NCBI RefSeq assembly: GCF_009914755.1
Contig: NC_060934.1
Length of the DNA: 64,000 bases
Strand: one strand, 5' to 3'
From: the human T2T-CHM13v2.0 reference genome, Homo sapiens
A program made the translations under genes and the position numbers. Below, piece after piece: positions 47,777 to 64,000 of this stretch (within the stretch, counting starts at the first letter, position 1; each line of letters starts with the position of its first letter). Below the pieces are notes generated by a model. That model was given only the letters and a program-made list of their open reading frames with translations, did not search any database and was not told the DNA's origin.

Positions 47777-48224
47777 TCCAACACTAAATATTGTTAAGAT
47801 TTTTCTAGGTTGTTTTGTTGCTGTATTTGCAACTGCAGATAAGACTAATGGTTTCTTTGTGATAATGAGTTAAGCAGCCTTGATGTCTAATATATAAGAT
47901 ACTTGAGGAACTCTTATGCTTGCTTTATTCTGTAAACATTTATTCACTGAGAGGCTATGAGACAGTACCAAAAGCATACATCTGAAAATATCAGTTCAGA
48001 ACGCATGTTACTCATGTTAAGGTTGGCCAGTATGAAACCATATATGGTTTTGTCCGATTTCTACCCTTGAGGAATATGTTCTGGTAACAAGTCTAACTTG
48101 AGCATATAACTTCCTATGTCAGGTAAATGTTTGAGTTCTTTTGGAGTATGACTTAATGAATTTAAAGCTCTTGGATTTTAGGAATGTACTTTCAAAGTTA
48201 AATGTTAGTTCTCCCATCAGTCTT

Positions 48225-48645
48225 TCTATACCAACACCTTGTCCCTCAAAACTATACTAGATTGAATGTCATTTAATCGCCAATTTTGAAAACATTCTGA
48301 ACACAACTCAGCTGTATTTCGCAGCCTCCATTGCAGTTAGGTTGGAAGTCATGTTATTGGGCTCTGTCCGGTAGACAGAAGTAACACCCACCACTTCTAG
48401 GCCTGGCTCTTAAAAACCTCATGTGCCATACACCCTCTGTTTCCTCATTCAGCAGTTCAATGGAGAGGAAGATGAGGATCTGAAAGATTGCAGAGGCTAG
48501 GAATAGCCCAGATCCTGGAAGACTGCATGGACCAAGACCTTTTCTCCAAATCCATTCCACACTGGACAGTGTCTTCAAGCTGGAATCAAACTTATTGTAT
48601 AGAACTGCTGAGATTTTAAGGTTGCTTGCTAGAGTTAGCATATTC
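48225..48645 (+). mobile_element. MLT1-type (ERVL-MaLR) LTR relic
   Basis: gcagcctccattgcagttagg...ccacttctaggcctggc...ctgagattttaaggttg. Confidence 0.55.
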
Positions 48646-49728
48646 TTCCATGAGTAATTAGTATTCCCTTAGCATCTAGCTTGACATCCTTAATTACTGT
48701 ACTTTCATTTAAATAACCTTAAGGGTCCTGTTCATTAAGTGTGACTGCTGGAGTAGGTTAGTGAACAGTGTGGTGGTATTTAGGGTTAATTTGTTCTTTA
48801 ATCCCCATTCATCTCTTAAAACTTGCAAAAACCTCCCAGCTTTTTTTTTTTTTTTTTTTTTAAATCAAAGCTGTTCTCATTTAAAGCTATTGTTTGGGAG
48901 ACTAGTATAGTCCATGATTTCCAACTTGATTATTACATTCACATAAGGCATAAAAGTTAAATGGCTTTATTTAACTCTAGATGGTCAGAATGGTTCCCAA
49001 TACATGATAGAATTGTTGGAATTGCTAATAAAAAAGAAAAGTGCACAGTAAAGAACAGAGTATCAAGTTAAGATTTAGGATATACTACCTACAAGTTGGA
49101 AGAAATTAGAAAAAGAAACAAATGTGTATGTCAAAGAAAGAGACAGCACTTTAAGCATTTATTTTACTTTGATCAGTCTTCTATATATTTATTATTAAGT
49201 TATCTTGAAATATCAGGGGATGAAATAAATAGCCTAGTATGTCCCAACTTAACATTGTATGAAGAAATAAAGTTTTAACATTTAAATGTAGAAAATATAT
49301 CTGGTATATGTGTAGGTGTTTTATCAAAATATGGACTCTCATGTCAAATGCATGTGTGTTATAGGATGAACTACTGCTATACACTAGTATGTCCTTTTGA
49401 TTTATTTCTGGAGCTCCAGTGTAGTGGCTATGTTGTATAGTTTAGCACTTCTGGTTTTATGGAAAAATGGTAAGTGACTGAACATATTTCAGTGTAATCT
49501 CTTTTTATAACAATTTTCTTTTTTGTCTTGTTTTGGCAATTTGCAGGTGCAAATATGATATCCTTTCTTTATTGTTAATAATGTTTGTCCTCTCACCTCA
49601 ACATAATGTTTTGAGATTTATCCAAGTTGCTGCATTCAGATAGCTGTAATGTGATCCTATTCAATGTTGTAGAGTATTTCATTATATAATTATAACACAC
49701 TTCATTCATTTGCCTGTTTTCTTTTTTT

Positions 49729-50314
49729 TTTTAATTATACTTTAAGTTTTAGGGTATACGTGCACAACGTGCAGGTTAGTTACATATGTATACATGTGCC
49801 ATATTGGTGTGCTGCACCCAGTAACTCGTCATTTAACATTAGGTATATCTCCAAATGCTATCCCTCCCCCCTCCCCCCACCCCACAACAGGCCCCAGTTT
49901 GTGATGTCCCCCTTCCTGTGTCCATGTATTCTCATTGTTCAGTTCCCACCTATGAGTGAGAACATGCGGTGTTTGTTTTTTTGTCCTTGCAATAGTTTGC
50001 TGAGAATGATGGTTTCTAGCTTCATCCATGTCCCTACAAAGGACATAAACTCATCATTTTTTACGGCTGCATAGTATTCCATGGTGTATATGTGCCACAT
50101 TTTCTTAATCCAGTCTATCATTGTTGGACATTTGGGTTAGTTCCAAGTCTTTGCTATTGTGAGTAGTGCCGCAATAAACATACATGTGCATGTGTCTTTA
50201 TAGCAGCATGATTTATAATCCTTTGGGTATATACCCAGTAATGGGATGGCTGGGTCAAATGGTATTTCTAGTTCTAGATCCCTGAGGAATCGCCACACTG
50301 ACTTCCACAATGGT
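49729..50314 (-). mobile_element. 5'-truncated L1PA4-type 3' end
   Basis: tttaacattagg and acaggcccc diagnostics; TSD TGTTTTCTTTTTTT at 49715-49728 and 50315-50328. Confidence 0.88.
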
Positions 50315-51119
50315 TGTTTTCTTTTTTTGATAATTCTAGTTTTGTTTTTCCTTTTTCACCATTACTGTTAATGTTTTATCAGTATTCTTATATGTTTCCT
50401 GGCTTACAAATGCATACATTTTGTTGAGTGTGTATTCATTATTCATATTTTCAACTTTGGAAAATTAACTGTTTTGTAAAGTGATTATATTAAATTATAC
50501 CCATTCCAAGTCTTTATGAATTTTATTAATGCTCCACATCTTTGCTGATAGTTGGTATTCCAAGGCATTTTAATTTTGACACTTCTGATAGATGTGTAAT
50601 TGCTATGTTCTTAAGCTTAAAAAATTCCTTAGTTCTTAAAAGTTTATTATGTTTAATCTTTAAAAGTTTCATCTCTTTAATCACCGGTGGAATTTTCTCT
50701 TTTTATGATGTAGTATTATCTCAAGTTTCTTGTGATTTTTCTGCTGGATTCTCCTTAATCATTTTTAGTAATATTTTATACATGCTATGTACACGTCTTT
50801 TGTTGGTGATATGTTTAGTAAATGTCACTCTGTGGTTGGACTTTCATGCCAATTTGTATGTCTATAATGAGACATTCTTAATTTTAATATAATCCAGTAT
50901 ATCCATCTTTTCCCTATGGTTAGTGCTTTTTTGGGTTCTGTTTAAAAATTCTTTCTGTTCTCCATTATCAAGTAGTATTCAGATAGCCAGTTGGTCATGG
51001 AATTTATTTTTGGCCTGAAGGTTTTAACTTTCATCCAATTTCTTTAAAAGAGATAAACTATTCAGATTTTTGTTTCTTCTAGTGTCTGTTTTGTTCTTTT
51101 CCTTTAAAATATTTTCATT

Positions 51120-54238
<3,119 letters not shown>

Positions 54239-54317
54239 ACCTAGTCCTGTTTTACTATGATGCTCTTGTTTACTGCTATTTTTTCATTTATCAGTTTGGA
54301 GATTTCAGAAAGTTTAG

Positions 54318-54631
<314 letters not shown>

Positions 54632-54754
54632 TCTCTCTCTCTGTTTTAAAAATATTATATGATAGCATTTTGGTGGGTTTCTTTAGGGAAAAAAAGAGAA
54701 AAATAAGTGTGTTTTACCTTTTATATCTTTATATCTTCATTTAAAAAGAAATAT

Positions 54755-55048
54755 TTTATTTTCAGAGACAGAGTCTCACTCAACTTGTCATCCAGGCTGG
54801 GGTTCAGTGATGCAATCTTGGCTCACTGCAACCTCTGCCTTGTGGGTTCAAGTGATTCTTCTGTCTCAGCCTCCTGAGTAGCTGGGATTACAGGTGTGCG
54901 CCACCATGCCCTGCTAATTTTTGTATGTTTAGTAGAGACAGGGTTTTACCATGTTGGCCAGGCTGGTCTCAAACTCCTGACCTCGTGATCCACCCACCTC
55001 GGCATCCCAAAGTACTGGGACTACAGGCATGAGTCATCATGCTTGGCC
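54755..55048 (-). mobile_element. AluS (Sg-like)
   Basis: Dimeric Alu, cctgacctcgtgatcc. Confidence 0.88.
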
Positions 55049-55921
55049 TACCCCTTCATATTTAATCATAAAAATGCAAAATTATTTAGCAGATTTTCAG
55101 CTGTTTTAAATAATCTGTAATATTTTAAAATTATGGCTGTTACATGCCCCTTATTTTAGTCTCTGAGTAAAAAAATTATGTATCTTGACAAGGTATATGT
55201 ATATATTTAAACATTTGAATATATATTTAATATATTTAATATCTAAGTGTTCGTATTATAAATTCAAATATTTAAATAAATTAAATATTTAAATTTAAAA
55301 TTTTAATTTAAACATTTAAATTAAAAATACTTTAAAACTTATAAATGTAGAATTATTTTATATTTTGTTTTATACAAAATGTGTATAACAATGTTAGCGT
55401 TTACATAAATGATAATCATTATTTAGGTGACATTTAATGAGATTATTTACTTCTTCAAAGTCTGTAATACATAGTTCAGCCTAAATCTGTTTTCCATGAA
55501 AGTCCAGCTGCTTGATTAGTTTGCTTAGTGGAAAAGGAGTATGATTATCTCTTTGCTTAGACACAGAAACCCTTTGAAGTTACATTTTTAATTAAGCCAT
55601 ACAGAAGACTTCTAAAGGCTTTTAATGTTTTTATCAGTCTTGAAGGGTTCTGAGTTTTTAAAATATTATTTAGCTCAAATATCAGAAATATTAACATGAT
55701 TTATGTTGTAAAGTATCAATTTGTTTAAGGAATTATTATTTATATTTAAATGTTTTACATTTTATTTACCTGTTGTAATCTGAAGTTGAACTTGCTAAAA
55801 TAATTTATGTCTCAATTTGCTTTTTTATTATGTGAATTAGATTAGTGGTTCATGTTCATACCTCAAGTAAATATATTGAAATATTTTATATTATAAAATT
55901 CTATCTATAACAAAAATTTTA

Positions 55922-56558
55922 TGTTGGGCAGCTCCTATATTGACCATTAATTATCTATGACTTCTGGTATTCATACCATTGTGTAGTTCCATTTCCTTCC
56001 TTGAGTGTGGGCAGGACCTGTGCTTGCTTCTAAACCAGAAAATAATGCAAAGTTAATGGGATATTACTCCTATTATTTTGTTACATTACATGGTAAAAGT
56101 GATGGTTTTCACTTCTGTGAATATGCTGTGAAGTCTATGCTTCCTAGAAAACTTGCTCTAGTGATTTTTTCTTTTGCTGGCTCTGAGAAAAATGTAGCTG
56201 AGAGTATCCTCTAGCAGCTGAGGATAGCCACCAGCCAATAGCAAGTGAAAAACCAAGGCCCTCGGTCCTATAGTGGTAAGGAAATAAATTTTGCCAAAAA
56301 CCTGAGGGAAAATAGAAGCAGGCATATGCCTAGTTAGTCCTCTGATTAAAACCAGTCCCAGCTGACACCTGATTGCAGGATTACAGTGGACCCTAGGTGC
56401 AGCCAACGTCTTGATTGCAGTCTGCTGTGACTCTGAATCAGAGAACCTGGTTATGCCATGCTCAGACTCCTGATCCACGGAAACAGTGATATAATAAATG
56501 TGTGTTGATTATAGTTACCAAATTTATGTATTTTTATTGAGCAATAGATAACTAGTAC
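55922..56558 (+). mobile_element. MLT1E/F-type LTR
   Basis: ccttgagtgtgggcaggacctgtg...cagactcctgatccacggaaacagtga...aatagataactagtaca. Confidence 0.7.
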
Positions 56559-57469
56559 AAATATTATATCCAAGTACTCTGATATTTTATTTACTGAATT
56601 ATACAACTCTACATTAGATATTTTTGTAATATATTCCTTAAGTGTTTTCAGACTAGGAAGGAGATTTCTAGTCTTTGGTAGATATTTTCTTGAATGGGGA
56701 AAATAATTTCAACAATGCAGATTAAGACTTTTCCTAGAACAGAGCATTTCTGAAGAAATTTTACCTTTGTGTAAATAAACACAGTAGACTGTTACAGAAT
56801 AAATGAGTTAAACTATTTTAATTGATCTGAGTAATTTACATTTTATATCTGCAAAATTGCCTTAATAAGGTATTTGTAATTTTGTTATATTGTTTTCTTC
56901 TTATGTTGAAAATAGTTAGATCCTCCATTCTGATTTCTTAATTTGCATTTCTTTGGGGGATCTACAATGAAATTGATGGATTATGATAATCTTGATTCCA
57001 GATCATACTATTATTAGGTTACATCATAATCCATAACGGATATGCCAAACATTTTAATATCACCTATTTATAACAGGTTAGCACAGTTTTATCAATTTAT
57101 TTTTGGCATGTGAGGAATGAGGTGGGGAGTCATTGGTTTGCATAGCATTGCATTGTGTATAAGTAATATTTTATACATTTGTTTGGGATTTCATCTGTTT
57201 TATCCTTTGTAATGAGATATTTTCCCATGAGTGGTGACTCTGCTATTAGAATCAATTTGCTAGCCTGTGAGGATCTTGGATTTTGAGTGGAAGTATAACA
57301 AGTAAGCCTGCATTCTTTTTTCTCTTTTGTCTTTTTTAAGTGAATTAAACGTGGAACAAATTTATCTGATAGGACGTGACATTAATGAAAATAAAAATTT
57401 GTTTATTCTTGCCTAATCTTAATTTTTATGATGATGTTTACCAACTCCTATGGTAGACTCCTTCACATT

Positions 57470-60250
57470 TACCAGACAGACCTCAACATTTTTCTATAAA
57501 CAAGACCCTTCCTTTCTTGTCCCATTTATTTATCTATTTATTATTGGAATGGACTCATGAATTCCTGTTTTTTTCCCAATGATTTATAATTCACTAATGT
57601 TTTTAACCACTTTGGTGCTCACATTGTCCAAGATTTGGCCAGTAGGAGAGGCTTCAAGCTAGCTCTTTTGTTTATGTGACACACCTATCATTTTGTGAAT
57701 ACTTCCTTACTTTCTGGTATAAGAAGATATTTCAGGCTCATCTTATTCCTCTTCTGCCTCAGTTGTGGAATCAGCTGTATATCCTTTTGGAGCTCTAGTT
57801 CCTTGTAATGGAATATCATATTAGAGACCAAGATCTTGGTGCTAGGTATGCTTTTTGCTCTTTGAGGTATCTTTACTTAGTGGGTTGTTTGGTGAACAAA
57901 GTTAGGAAATAATAATTTATTTATGTGCACATATAAATACACATATGTGCACATACATGCATACATATGCATGTATATACACACATATAAATATTTTAGA
58001 AAGCATTTCTTCATACCAAAACTTCCAATTCAGACCTATTTCTGCAAGGCTTTTGTACCTTCTCCAGCTCAGTATTTGTTCCTTCTTCTACAGTAAATGA
58101 ACACTGACTTCCAATGACATCAATATATTTACTTGTTTGCTCAATTCTATATTGTAATCTAAAATAGTTTCAGATTTACTTTGCTTATATCACTTCAGTA
58201 AGAAAACCTACATAAAAGATTCTGGAATCTGATTTCAAGCTTCCCTCCTCCACCTTGCCCTGCACCAATTCGGAGTATGTAGTCAAATTTTGGGTTCCTA
58301 AGTTACTTTGAACCTTCCTTCCCTCCCTCTTCTCTTACTCCCTCCCTTCCTTTCTTCTTTCATTCCTTTTTTCCCTCTTCTCTTCTTCCCCTCACCTCTC
58401 CTCCTATTTCCCTCCTTTTTTACTTTCTTTTTCCATCAATATAGAGATAGGATTCACTTGAAGTTTATTAGGCTCTTATTTCTACTTACTTCTAATTTTA
58501 TGAATTTTTTCCTTTCCCATTCTTATTGTATTAAAATAATTAATTAAATATGTTGAACATTAATAACCTGAAACTACTTCCAGTATACTCAGAGAGATTA
58601 TTGTTCATTTCTTTCTCCCTCTTCCAGTAGGTAACCAATTTTATTGTTTTCTGGTTTATCCTTCCCGTCTTTCCTTTCATAAAAGTAAAGCTGTATGAGC
58701 TGTGTGTGTTTCTGTCTATGTGTGTATCTTATATTTATATATATAGTTATTATTTCACCTTCTTACACAAAAGCTGACATATTATTAGATGTATTTTAGA
58801 TACTCTTTTGAGTTTTACATTTTTTTTCTTCTTTATAATACTTCCTGGAGCTCAGTTAATATCAGCTCATAAAAATGTTCATTTTTTTGTTCTGTTTTGT
58901 TTAGAGATGTATAGTATTCCATTATGCATATGTACCATAGGTTAACAAATCTATTCGGGGACATTTAGACATTTTTCTGGTATTTTGCAATTAAAATTAC
59001 GCTACACTGAATAAACTCGTATGTATGTAGTTTTATAATATTGGAGGTTTTTCTTAAGAGCAAATTCCTTTCAATGGGATTGTTGGGTCGAAGAATACAT
59101 GCATATGTAGTTTTTTAGATATTGTCAAGTTGTCCTCCATATGAATTTTCTCATTTTCTATTCCTACTAGCCCACATGGGATGGCCTATTCATCTACAGA
59201 CTCATAAGCAGGATATATTGCTATGCATCTGAAATTTTGCCAGTCTTGTGGAGAATAATTTGTGTAGTTTTAATTTATATTTCCATTATTATAAGTGAAG
59301 TTGAATATTTTTCATGTGGTTAAGAGCCATTTTTATATCACTTTTGTGAATTGTCTCTTCATGTATTTTGCCAGTTTTTCTATAAAATTATTAGTTTCCC
59401 CCTTATTTTTAAAGAGTTCTTTATGAATTAGGGATTATAGCTCTTTTTCAGTGAGACATAAGTTGCACATATTTCCTCCCAGTTTGTCATATGTTTCTTG
59501 ACAGTACTAATTGCACTTTTTTTTTTTGCTATGCAGCTTTCTTAAGGTAGTCATATTTCTTAGTCTTTTAAAAATTACATTTGGAATTTTATTCATGGTT
59601 AGGAAGCCTTTTATTTTGTAATTAATTATGTAATTAACTTGTCCTTTATTATGTAAAGGTTTTATTATGTAATTAACATCCTTTTTTTACTATATCGAAA
59701 ATTTTATTTTTTACGTTTAGATTTATGCTTCATTTAGAGTTTTATTTTGTTTATGGTATGAGGATTGGATCTGATTTGATAGTTTTACAATAGCTATCAA
59801 GTTGTCTTAATTTATTATGAGGACTGTCTTACTCCAGTCATTTAAGACAACTTTTATCATTTACTAGATTTTTAGCATGTGATAGTTGAGCCTGTTTCTG
59901 GAATTTCTATTGTACACATTTGGTCTATTTATGTGCTAGTACCATACTATTTAATTATAGAGACTTTGAGTATATTTTATATCTTTTAGGTCTACCTCTC
60001 TTCAAAGCTCATCTTTTTCAGTGTTTTTCTAATTATTCTTGTATGTTTACTTTTGTCCCTAAGCATTGAGATCAACTTTTCTAGCTCCTATAAAATCTCA
60101 TTGGAGTTTTCATTGAATCACATTAAAGTTAAAGATTATCTTTGAAATTAATTGCTATTCTGATGATGTTGAGGTGTCCTACAAAAGAATAAATAATGTC
60201 TTTCCACTTATTTACATCTACTTTTGTCTTTTTCAAGCTGAGTTTCATAC
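57470..60250 (-). mobile_element. Ancient L1MC/L1ME fragments with a pyrimidine tract (58310-58435)
   Basis: Diverged L1M 3'UTR motifs. Confidence 0.5.
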
Positions 60251-60908
60251 CCAAAATCATATTGTTATGTTTTTATAGAAAGTATTTATTTCATTAGCTT
60301 TTTGGAGGTACCTGTGTTTCCTTAAATGACACATGGAATTAAACTACCAAAAATTGGTGTTTAAATTTAACTCATAAAATTTGAAAACCATTTTAATACA
60401 TTCAAAATTATTTCAAAAATTATTATTTGTTAATATAAACCACTTTAGATAATATATGTTTCTAATTTGCTTTTTTGAGCTATAAATATTTAATAGAGAA
60501 TGTAGTTCTTGTATTGGACACCTTCCAGAATTCTGCAAAGTCTTTCAGTTTGATTCTTAACAAGGTGGTGTTGGTTTGTTTTTTCTGTTAATTTTCTGTG
60601 CTTGACTATTGAAAACTTAGAATTGGGATGCCAAAGTTACTTCCTACACAAGAACATATAGTTTCATCCTTCCAAGAAATTTGTAGTTTAGAGAAAATAA
60701 AATTTCAACCATTCCTTTGTAAAACTTATACTGTGTTGAAGGTAAATATATTATAGTAATTTTCAGTTCAATATATGATTATGTAATTTGAATAAACCAA
60801 ATATTGTTAACAAAAAAGAAAATGTTATAACTTTCATATTAGAGAAATGAGTTTGTATCCTTGAGCTTTTTAAGTCAATATCTCAGTATTATCACTTTGA
60901 AAACACTT

Positions 60909-63900
60909 GAGGGAGAGTGATGCCAGCAAGATGGCAGAATAGGAGATAACCTACTAATATTTCCTCACAACAACAAGAACTCTGCACTTATCTACTGACA
61001 AAAGTCACTGGCAGGAGCCTCAGGAGTCAGGTAGGAGGGTGTGAAAGCCCACTGGAGCCCAAGGCCCAAAGAGGGTTGTTTTGAGAATGCAGACTGGCAC
61101 CCAGGTAATAGATGCATTAATTTTGCTTCCAGGTTCAAGCCCAGAAATGGCCCTGATCCCCAAGGGATTTGACTACAGCCCTGTTTGGCCTTGAGCCTGC
61201 AACTAAAATCATCTTCTAAGGGGTCTAGGAGCAATCATGTGTACTAGTGTAAGAGACTTGTTTGCCCACTGATATCAGTCTCTGCAGTGAACCTAGAAGT
61301 AGTCCTGTGGCTCGACTCCAGCCCTCTACAGTTGAGTTCCCAGCACAGAACTGCTCACACAAAACCCCAGAGGGAGACTTGCCCATATCCTGCAGATTGT
61401 GAGTCTGAGCCTCCTTGATAGGCTTGCCAAACTTATCTTTCAGTAGTACCCAGGTTGTCATCTCACAGCACATCCTGAGGGATCCAGTCTGACCCCCAGC
61501 TCCCCCCACTGTAGTCAGGTAACTATCATATCTGTGCAGGGACCTGCTAGGAGATGTGCAACCATCTGAGGAATTGAGGTGGGCTATCCAACCTTTGTCC
61601 CACAGTAGATCCTGAGGGGACCCAGCCTCAGATTTGGCCCCTCCTGCTGCAGTTGGTGACATATCTCTCACCTGTTCAGAGACCTCCTGGGAGGCATGAT
61701 TGTCTGGGGCACTGGGATAGTCTTCTGGGCTAGGTTTCCTGGCCAGCTTTCCCACACAGCCCAGTTACCCTCCTTGGATCTTCCCTAGGTCCATCTGCCC
61801 TGCAGAGCCCTGCCAACCTTGGAGCCCTCCTGAGACTTGTGGCAGATATGGGCTTAGACTGCCCTCTAGTGTTTAGGGAGTTGCAGTGGTCATGGGCTCA
61901 GAGAACACAACAGTCAGTCCCCTTAGAAACTCTGGAAGGCCCTCTGAAGAAGGATGAGCAAAAACAAAACTAGACTAGGAAGACTGGAATAAACACCTGA
62001 TCTCTCAGTGCACACACATTGTTGCATGTCCATAAGCATCAAGATCATTCAGGGAAATCTGATCTCACCAAACAGACAAAATAAGGTGCCAGAGACTGGC
62101 CCTAAGGTGATGGAGACATGTGGTCTTTCAGACAAAGAATTCAAAATAGCTGTTTTTAGAAAGTTCAATAAATTTACTGAAGCTCAAACTTCAGTAAAAT
62201 TCAGAGAAGCAATCAGAAATACATGAACAAAACTTAAGAGATTGAAATATTAATAATAAAAACAAATGGAAATCCTGGAGGTGAATGAAATGAATGAGTG
62301 AAATGAAATACAATGAATGAAATAAAAATGGAATAGAGAGCATCATCAGCACAATAGATCAAACAAAAGAAAGAATTAGTGAGTTCAAAGGTAGGCTATT
62401 TGAGAACATAGTCAGAGGTGAAAGAACCAAAAGAATGAAAAGGGCCAAAGAAAGCTTACCAGATCTGTGGGACAACATCAAAATAACACATTTGTGTTAT
62501 TAGAATTCAAGAAGGAGTTGAGAGACAAAGGGGCCAAAAACTTATTAAAAATAATAACAGAAAACTTTTCAAGCCTGGGGAAAGATGTGAATGCCCAATT
62601 ATAGCAAAGTCAAAGGTCACCAGATTCAATCCCAATAAGAATACCACAAGGCATGTCACAATTAAACTCACAAAGATCAATGACTAAGAGAGGGTCTAGA
62701 AAGAAGTGAGAAAAAAGAAGCAAATAACATTTAAGAGAGATCTAATATAACTGGCAGCATATTTCTCAGCAGAAACCTTTCAGGGCAGGAGGGAATGTGA
62801 CAATATATTCAGAATGTGGAAGGAAACTACCTGCCAACCAAGAATACTATAGGCAGAAAAGGTGTATTTTAAAAATGAAGGAGAGAAGGACTTCTGCAGA
62901 CAAACAAAAGCTGAGGGAATTAATGGCCACCAGACCAATTCTGCAAAAAATGCTAAAGAGAGCTCTTCAAACTTAAAGAAAAGAATACTTACATTGATTG
63001 TTAGGCTAATACTGTAATTTTGTTGTATAAACCACATTTATCTTTGTATAAAGAATGAACGACAAAACTATAAAAAACTACAATAATTTGTTAAGAGATA
63101 GACAATATGAAAAATATAAGCTGTGACATCAAAATTCAAAATATGGAAGGATAATGAGTTAAAATGTACCATTTTTGTTGTTTTCTTCTTTCCTTTGCGA
63201 TCAAAATTAAGTTTTTATTGGTTTAAAATAACTTATTATGACTATAAGATGTTTTTGTGAGTCTCATGGTAATGAAAAAGCTAAAAGCTATAATAGATAA
63301 CACTAAAAAAGTAAGGAATAAAACACATTACTAGAGTGAATCACATAACCACAAAGGAAGCCTTTAAGAGAGGAAAAAAGGAAAAAATATCTAAACAACT
63401 AAAAAAGAAGTTACACAATCGTGATAGTCATCCCTTACCTATCAATAACTACCTTGAATGTAAATGGTTGAAATTATTCAGTTAAAAGAGAGGCTGAACG
63501 GATAGAAAAATATGACCAAACTATGCTGCCTACAGGAGACTTACTTTACGTATAAAACGACATGCATAGATTGAAAGTAAATGGATGGGAAAAGCTATTT
63601 CATGGAAATGGAACCCCAAAAAGAACAGAAGTAGCTGTAATTATATGAACAAAATAGACTTTAAGTTAAAAACTGTAAAAAGAGACAAGGCCATTATATA
63701 ATAATAGCAGGGGTCAATGCAGCAAGCAGATACAATTATAAACATATATGTGCCCACTAGCAGAGGACCTATGTATATAAAGCAAATATTAATAGATTTA
63801 AAGGGAGAGATAGACTGTAACACAATAATAGTAGGGGACTTCAACACTCCACTTTCAGCAATGTGCAGATCGTCCAGACAGAAAATCAACAAAGAAACTT

Positions 63901-64000
63901 CAGTGTCAGACAACACTCTTGACCAAATGGACCTAACAGACATTTACAGAGCATTCGGTCTAACAGCTGCAGAAGGCACAGTCTTCTCAACAGCACATGT
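60909..64000 (+). mobile_element. Old L1 (L1M/L1PB-type) in sense orientation: 5'UTR, ORF1 remnant and start of ORF2; runs off the window
   Basis: 5' terminus GAGTGATGCCAGCAAGATGGCAGAATAGG, ORF1-like LSDKEFKIAVFRKFNK (62008-62226), endonuclease-coding sequence from ~63420. Confidence 0.85.

Noticed and set aside
55195-55345. Extremely AT-rich quasi-palindromic tract
   Set aside because: Low-complexity sequence with no defined unit or supportable function.
61225-61755. 176-aa minus-strand ORF in the old L1 5'UTR
   Set aside because: GC-rich UTR, non-ATG start, no similarity to ORF0 or any protein I recognise.

Overview
Human genomic DNA (a near-consensus AluYb8 is present): AT-rich, repeat-dominated intronic sequence of ATRNL1 (attractin-like 1, + strand). 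One coding exon lies in the window, a 94-nt laminin-type EGF exon at 38682-38775 (A-CTCSGHANICHLHTGKCFCTTKGIKGDQCQ-L). The rest is layered retroelements: a full-length antisense L1PA2 with dead ORF1/ORF2 but intact 5'UTR and ORF0, a complete THE1 provirus plus a solo THE1 LTR, a solo LTR22 carrying a 5'-inverted L1PA3, nine Alus, many old L1 fragments, and MER58, MER91, MLT1 and MIR relics. The main finding is that the L1PA2 antisense promoter points into ATRNL1 and ORF0 splice donor 1 (12196/12197) is in phase with the exon, predicting an in-frame ORF0-ATRNL1 fusion. Three sense THE1 LTRs also offer an in-phase ATG plus donor. Other notable structures are a circularly permuted, inverted L1 insert and an inverted duplication spanning an L1 junction. 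Expression of these chimeras is inferred, not observed. Subfamily calls come from recalled consensus diagnostics, and boundaries of old elements are approximate. No prokaryotic systems, CRISPR arrays, tRNA or rRNA were seen.
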